Source: Macrostomum lignano
Taxonomy: Eukaryota
Assembly: GCA_002269645.1 (NCBI GenBank)
Contig: NIVC01000042.1
Coordinates: 434,001-498,000, forward strand
Length of the DNA: 64,000 nt
Direction: 5' to 3'
A program made the position numbers and the translations under genes. Position 1 is the stretch's first letter; the number at the start of each line of letters is the position of its first letter. This document shows, in pieces, positions 61,401 through 64,000 of this stretch. The notes beneath the pieces are model-generated. The model made no database searches. It had not been told where the DNA came from and worked only from the letters and a program-made list of their open reading frames with translations.

Positions 61401-64000
61401 CATGCGAATGCTGCGGCCTTTGAATAGTTTGTCCACCGTAAATCCGCCCATCTCAGGGGACAGCCTGCGATACAATGGGTAGCCAGTATCGCTGGTTAGG
61501 GTCGCCTGCTGGAACTCCTTCGGGAAGCCCTTGCTGCACTGGCCGTCCACCATGCACGGGCAGGCTGGATTTACCACGCCGCAGGGGCCATGGATCATGT
61601 GAGTCTTCACCAGCTCGTGCAGCCTCGGCTGCTGCTGTGGGTCCGGGATCTCAGCGGACACGATTTTGTCGTAGCGGTCCGGAGTCACTCTCTGTCCACT
61701 GACCAGCCAGAGCAGAAAGTGCACATGGGGGAGACCTGTGGAAGACATAAACAAGTGATTCAAAGCGACGTATGAGTGATCACAATTTAGTCATGTAAAT
61801 TAATTAAAATTCTAAACCAGCGTTTGCATCGTAGAGAAAGCGGAGTTTGAATCATGGAGAAACTGGAGTTTGAATCATGGCTAAACCAGAGCTTAATTCC
61901 GGTTTGCAATGACCCCTTGCATAAAAATATGGATTGCTAAACCTGGAATGCAATTACAGAATGAAAATTGAAAGCGCAATTTGCTAACTTACCGCGCTTC
62001 TGATATTCCAGAGAGCAAACATGCGCGGCCTCCTTTCCAAAGCGCTTCCTCAGCTCGGCAAGCAGAGCCTTCTTCTTCAGCTCGAAAACACGCGTGACAA
62101 TATCCGGCCGGTCCTCAGGTCGCTGTCCAGGCAGCAGCTGTGCACTGATTTCCGGCCACTTAGGGTTGCACGTCGCCGTGACAAACAGGTCCGGCTTGCC
62201 AAACTTTTGTACATAGGTCATGGCGTCTTGCAGCCTCTCCATCAGGTACCTTGGCCCGCCAACGAAGCTGGAGGACAGGAACACGTGCGCAGGCTTGCCA
62301 ATATCAGTCGGATTTGTGTCGGTCGACCTGCCATCAGCAGCGAATAGAGCGTCTCGCAGACCGCTGTACGTCTCACTGCGCAGATCGCTCTGATGGGTCC
62401 GCAGATAGAGCAGCCTCTCTGACTCAATCTTGGCGCACATGTCCACCAGGTACTGCTGGAACAGCCGCCGTCCGTGGTGCAGCAGGCTGCTATGGCCCGC
62501 TCGCACCATGATTTCGCTGGCATAGTACTTCATCGGCGTCAGCTTGCGGCCATTGCTCATGCGCAGCTCCGGGTGCCAGCCGTCCTCGCCATGGGGGAAC
62601 AGCAACACGTACTCCAGTGCATCATACGATCGGTGCGTTTTGCTAATCCTCTTGTAGCCGCCACCCCGCAGTTGAATGACAACATCTCGGCTAGTTGCTG
62701 GCTCATCACCGTCTTCAGGGGCCTCAGTGTCCTCAGTGTCCTTAACAATGAGGATGCCGACCTCGTTTGCCGTGGGCAAATTGTAGCGCCTGATTTTGAA
62801 CGGTAGTAACAAATGCTTTTAACAAAACTCTTTACAACGGTAAACATTCCTGTGTACACAGGCACAAAGCTTTAAAAGACAGGTTTTAAAATGTGTTCGA
62901 ATCCCTTTTCAGTTATTGTTAGCTCACCGAATGTGTTCCCCAGAAGGTCTTCGGTCCGGGTGAATCACGATTCGCGCATCCACAAGCTCCGGATCCTCCA
63001 TGATCCGCTGTGCTGCAGCCTTCAGGCTCCGAACGTAAAGGTTGCACTCGTGAAGCAACGTCTGTAGCAGCTCATGTAGCTCTGGCTTCACCCTATCGCT
63101 CAGACTCTGCTGGCTTTCGAGTTCGCGGTCAGTGAAGTACACCTGCCAGCCGCGAGGAACAGCAGACGCTTCAGCAAACAGCGGCATAGCAGTGTGGTGC
63201 AGCTGACCGCTGATGATGTAGCTGGGATTCCAGCCTGGCACCAACCGCGGCTTGGCACTCAGCGAGGTCAGGTGCAGCACAGAGTTGTAGCTCCGGATGT
63301 TGGTCAGGAACTCTGAGCTCATGCCATGCCGGCCCATGTACAGGTCAGCCAGCAGCTGTGGCACAGTCCGGGTGGGCAGCTTCACCTTGCCGCCAGCACA
63401 GCAGAAATTGCCTGTCTCCATGCGGAACAGCTTGGCACCGCAATGGTTGCATGCCCAGTCCATTGGCCCGCAGTCATGGGCTGGAGCTTCTGGCCTCGCC
63501 ATCGTCTCAGGCCTGATAATAAAAATGGAATGTATCTCTTAGTAACTGTTAAATGTAAATGTAACTGTTCATTGTGTGTCAGTTTACCTTGCAGTAGCGG
63601 GTCCGTCTTCAGCGCGGCCCGCAGTCTCATGTTCCGCCGGCATCGCGCTGGGGCCCTTGGCCTTTTTGGCCCTCTTGGCAGGAGTTCTGCTTGCTGCCAG
63701 GCTTGGGAACTCAGCATCTGTAAAGGCTTGCAAAAGCTCTCGAAGTCTCAGTGACTCGTAATGTTCATGGCGCAAAAGCACACGCACAATGGCATTAGGA
63801 GGGCGCAAATTAGCCCTGAAATATTGCATCACACTACCATTGGCCTGGTAAATGACCAGATCCACATCAAAGCAGCGGCTCAACAAAGAGGCAACTTCAT
63901 CTGAAACATAAATTCCTGCTTGAAAAGAGGAATTCACGATCTCATCAGCACTCTCAGGTGCAATGAGGCCATCTGCAATCAGCTGTGGCATGAGTTCTGC
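58446..64000 (-). CDS. Helitron RepHel (HUH Rep + PIF1-type helicase, N-terminal OTU-like segment); 8 exons in window, 5'-incomplete, at least 1546 aa open
   Basis: Exons (minus): 64000-63588, 63512-62928, 62789-61993, 61735-61393, 61197-60879, 60795-59774, 59690-59294, 59210-58446. All introns are GT-AG with matching phases; exons total 4641 nt with no internal stop. Splicing rebuilds EHIRRYNLPT, EYQKRGLPHVH, DNRSVVPYNP and TAHSTFKIP. Also present: FVTATCNPKW, KYVIKYLLKG, DAPAGTGKT, WDEISM, TIHKAQGQSL and HGQLYTALSR. Confidence 0.95.

Larger units (their letters stand above)
54984..64000 (-). mobile_element. Putative autonomous Helitron, unit 3; 5' end lies beyond the window
   Basis: 3' hairpin and CTAG at 54984-54987, with ~215 bp nearly identical to the 3' end of unit 2. 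RepHel lies upstream on the same strand. Linking this CTAG to the RepHel gene is inference. Confidence 0.65.

Noticed and set aside
59298-63761. Numerous plus-strand and alternate-frame ORFs
   Set aside because: Fully explained as shadows of the spliced minus-strand RepHel exons.

Overview
This is eukaryotic (invertebrate animal) DNA, with GC-rich exons, AT-rich spacers and a very high minisatellite load. A flatworm such as Macrostomum is plausible, but that is inference only. Host genes: (1) a four-exon mitochondrial calcium uniporter (MCU, 19144-33399, +, 317 aa) whose three introns all carry minisatellites; (2) two intronless PPEF/rdgC phosphatase genes and two intronless DEG/ENaC channel genes, arranged as two same-strand pairs on either side of MCU (PPEF-A then ENaC-A on +; ENaC-B then PPEF-B on -); (3) a small two-exon WSC-domain gene. 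Each pair has one intact gene and one carrying in-frame premature stop(s), and the pattern is reciprocal. The paralogs alternate near-identical and strongly diverged tracts. Mobile DNA: a complete Ty1/copia element (identical LTRs, TSD, but nonsense and catalytic-site lesions); a 2.8-kb internally deleted BEL/Pao element with identical LTRs and one open ORF; a solo-LTR-like insert; a decayed Tc1/IS630-type element; and, from 44.3 kb to the window end, a head-to-tail Helitron array. The last array unit probably carries an intact spliced RepHel gene (at least 1546 aa, 7 introns) that runs off the right edge. All alignments were done by eye and no database searches were run.
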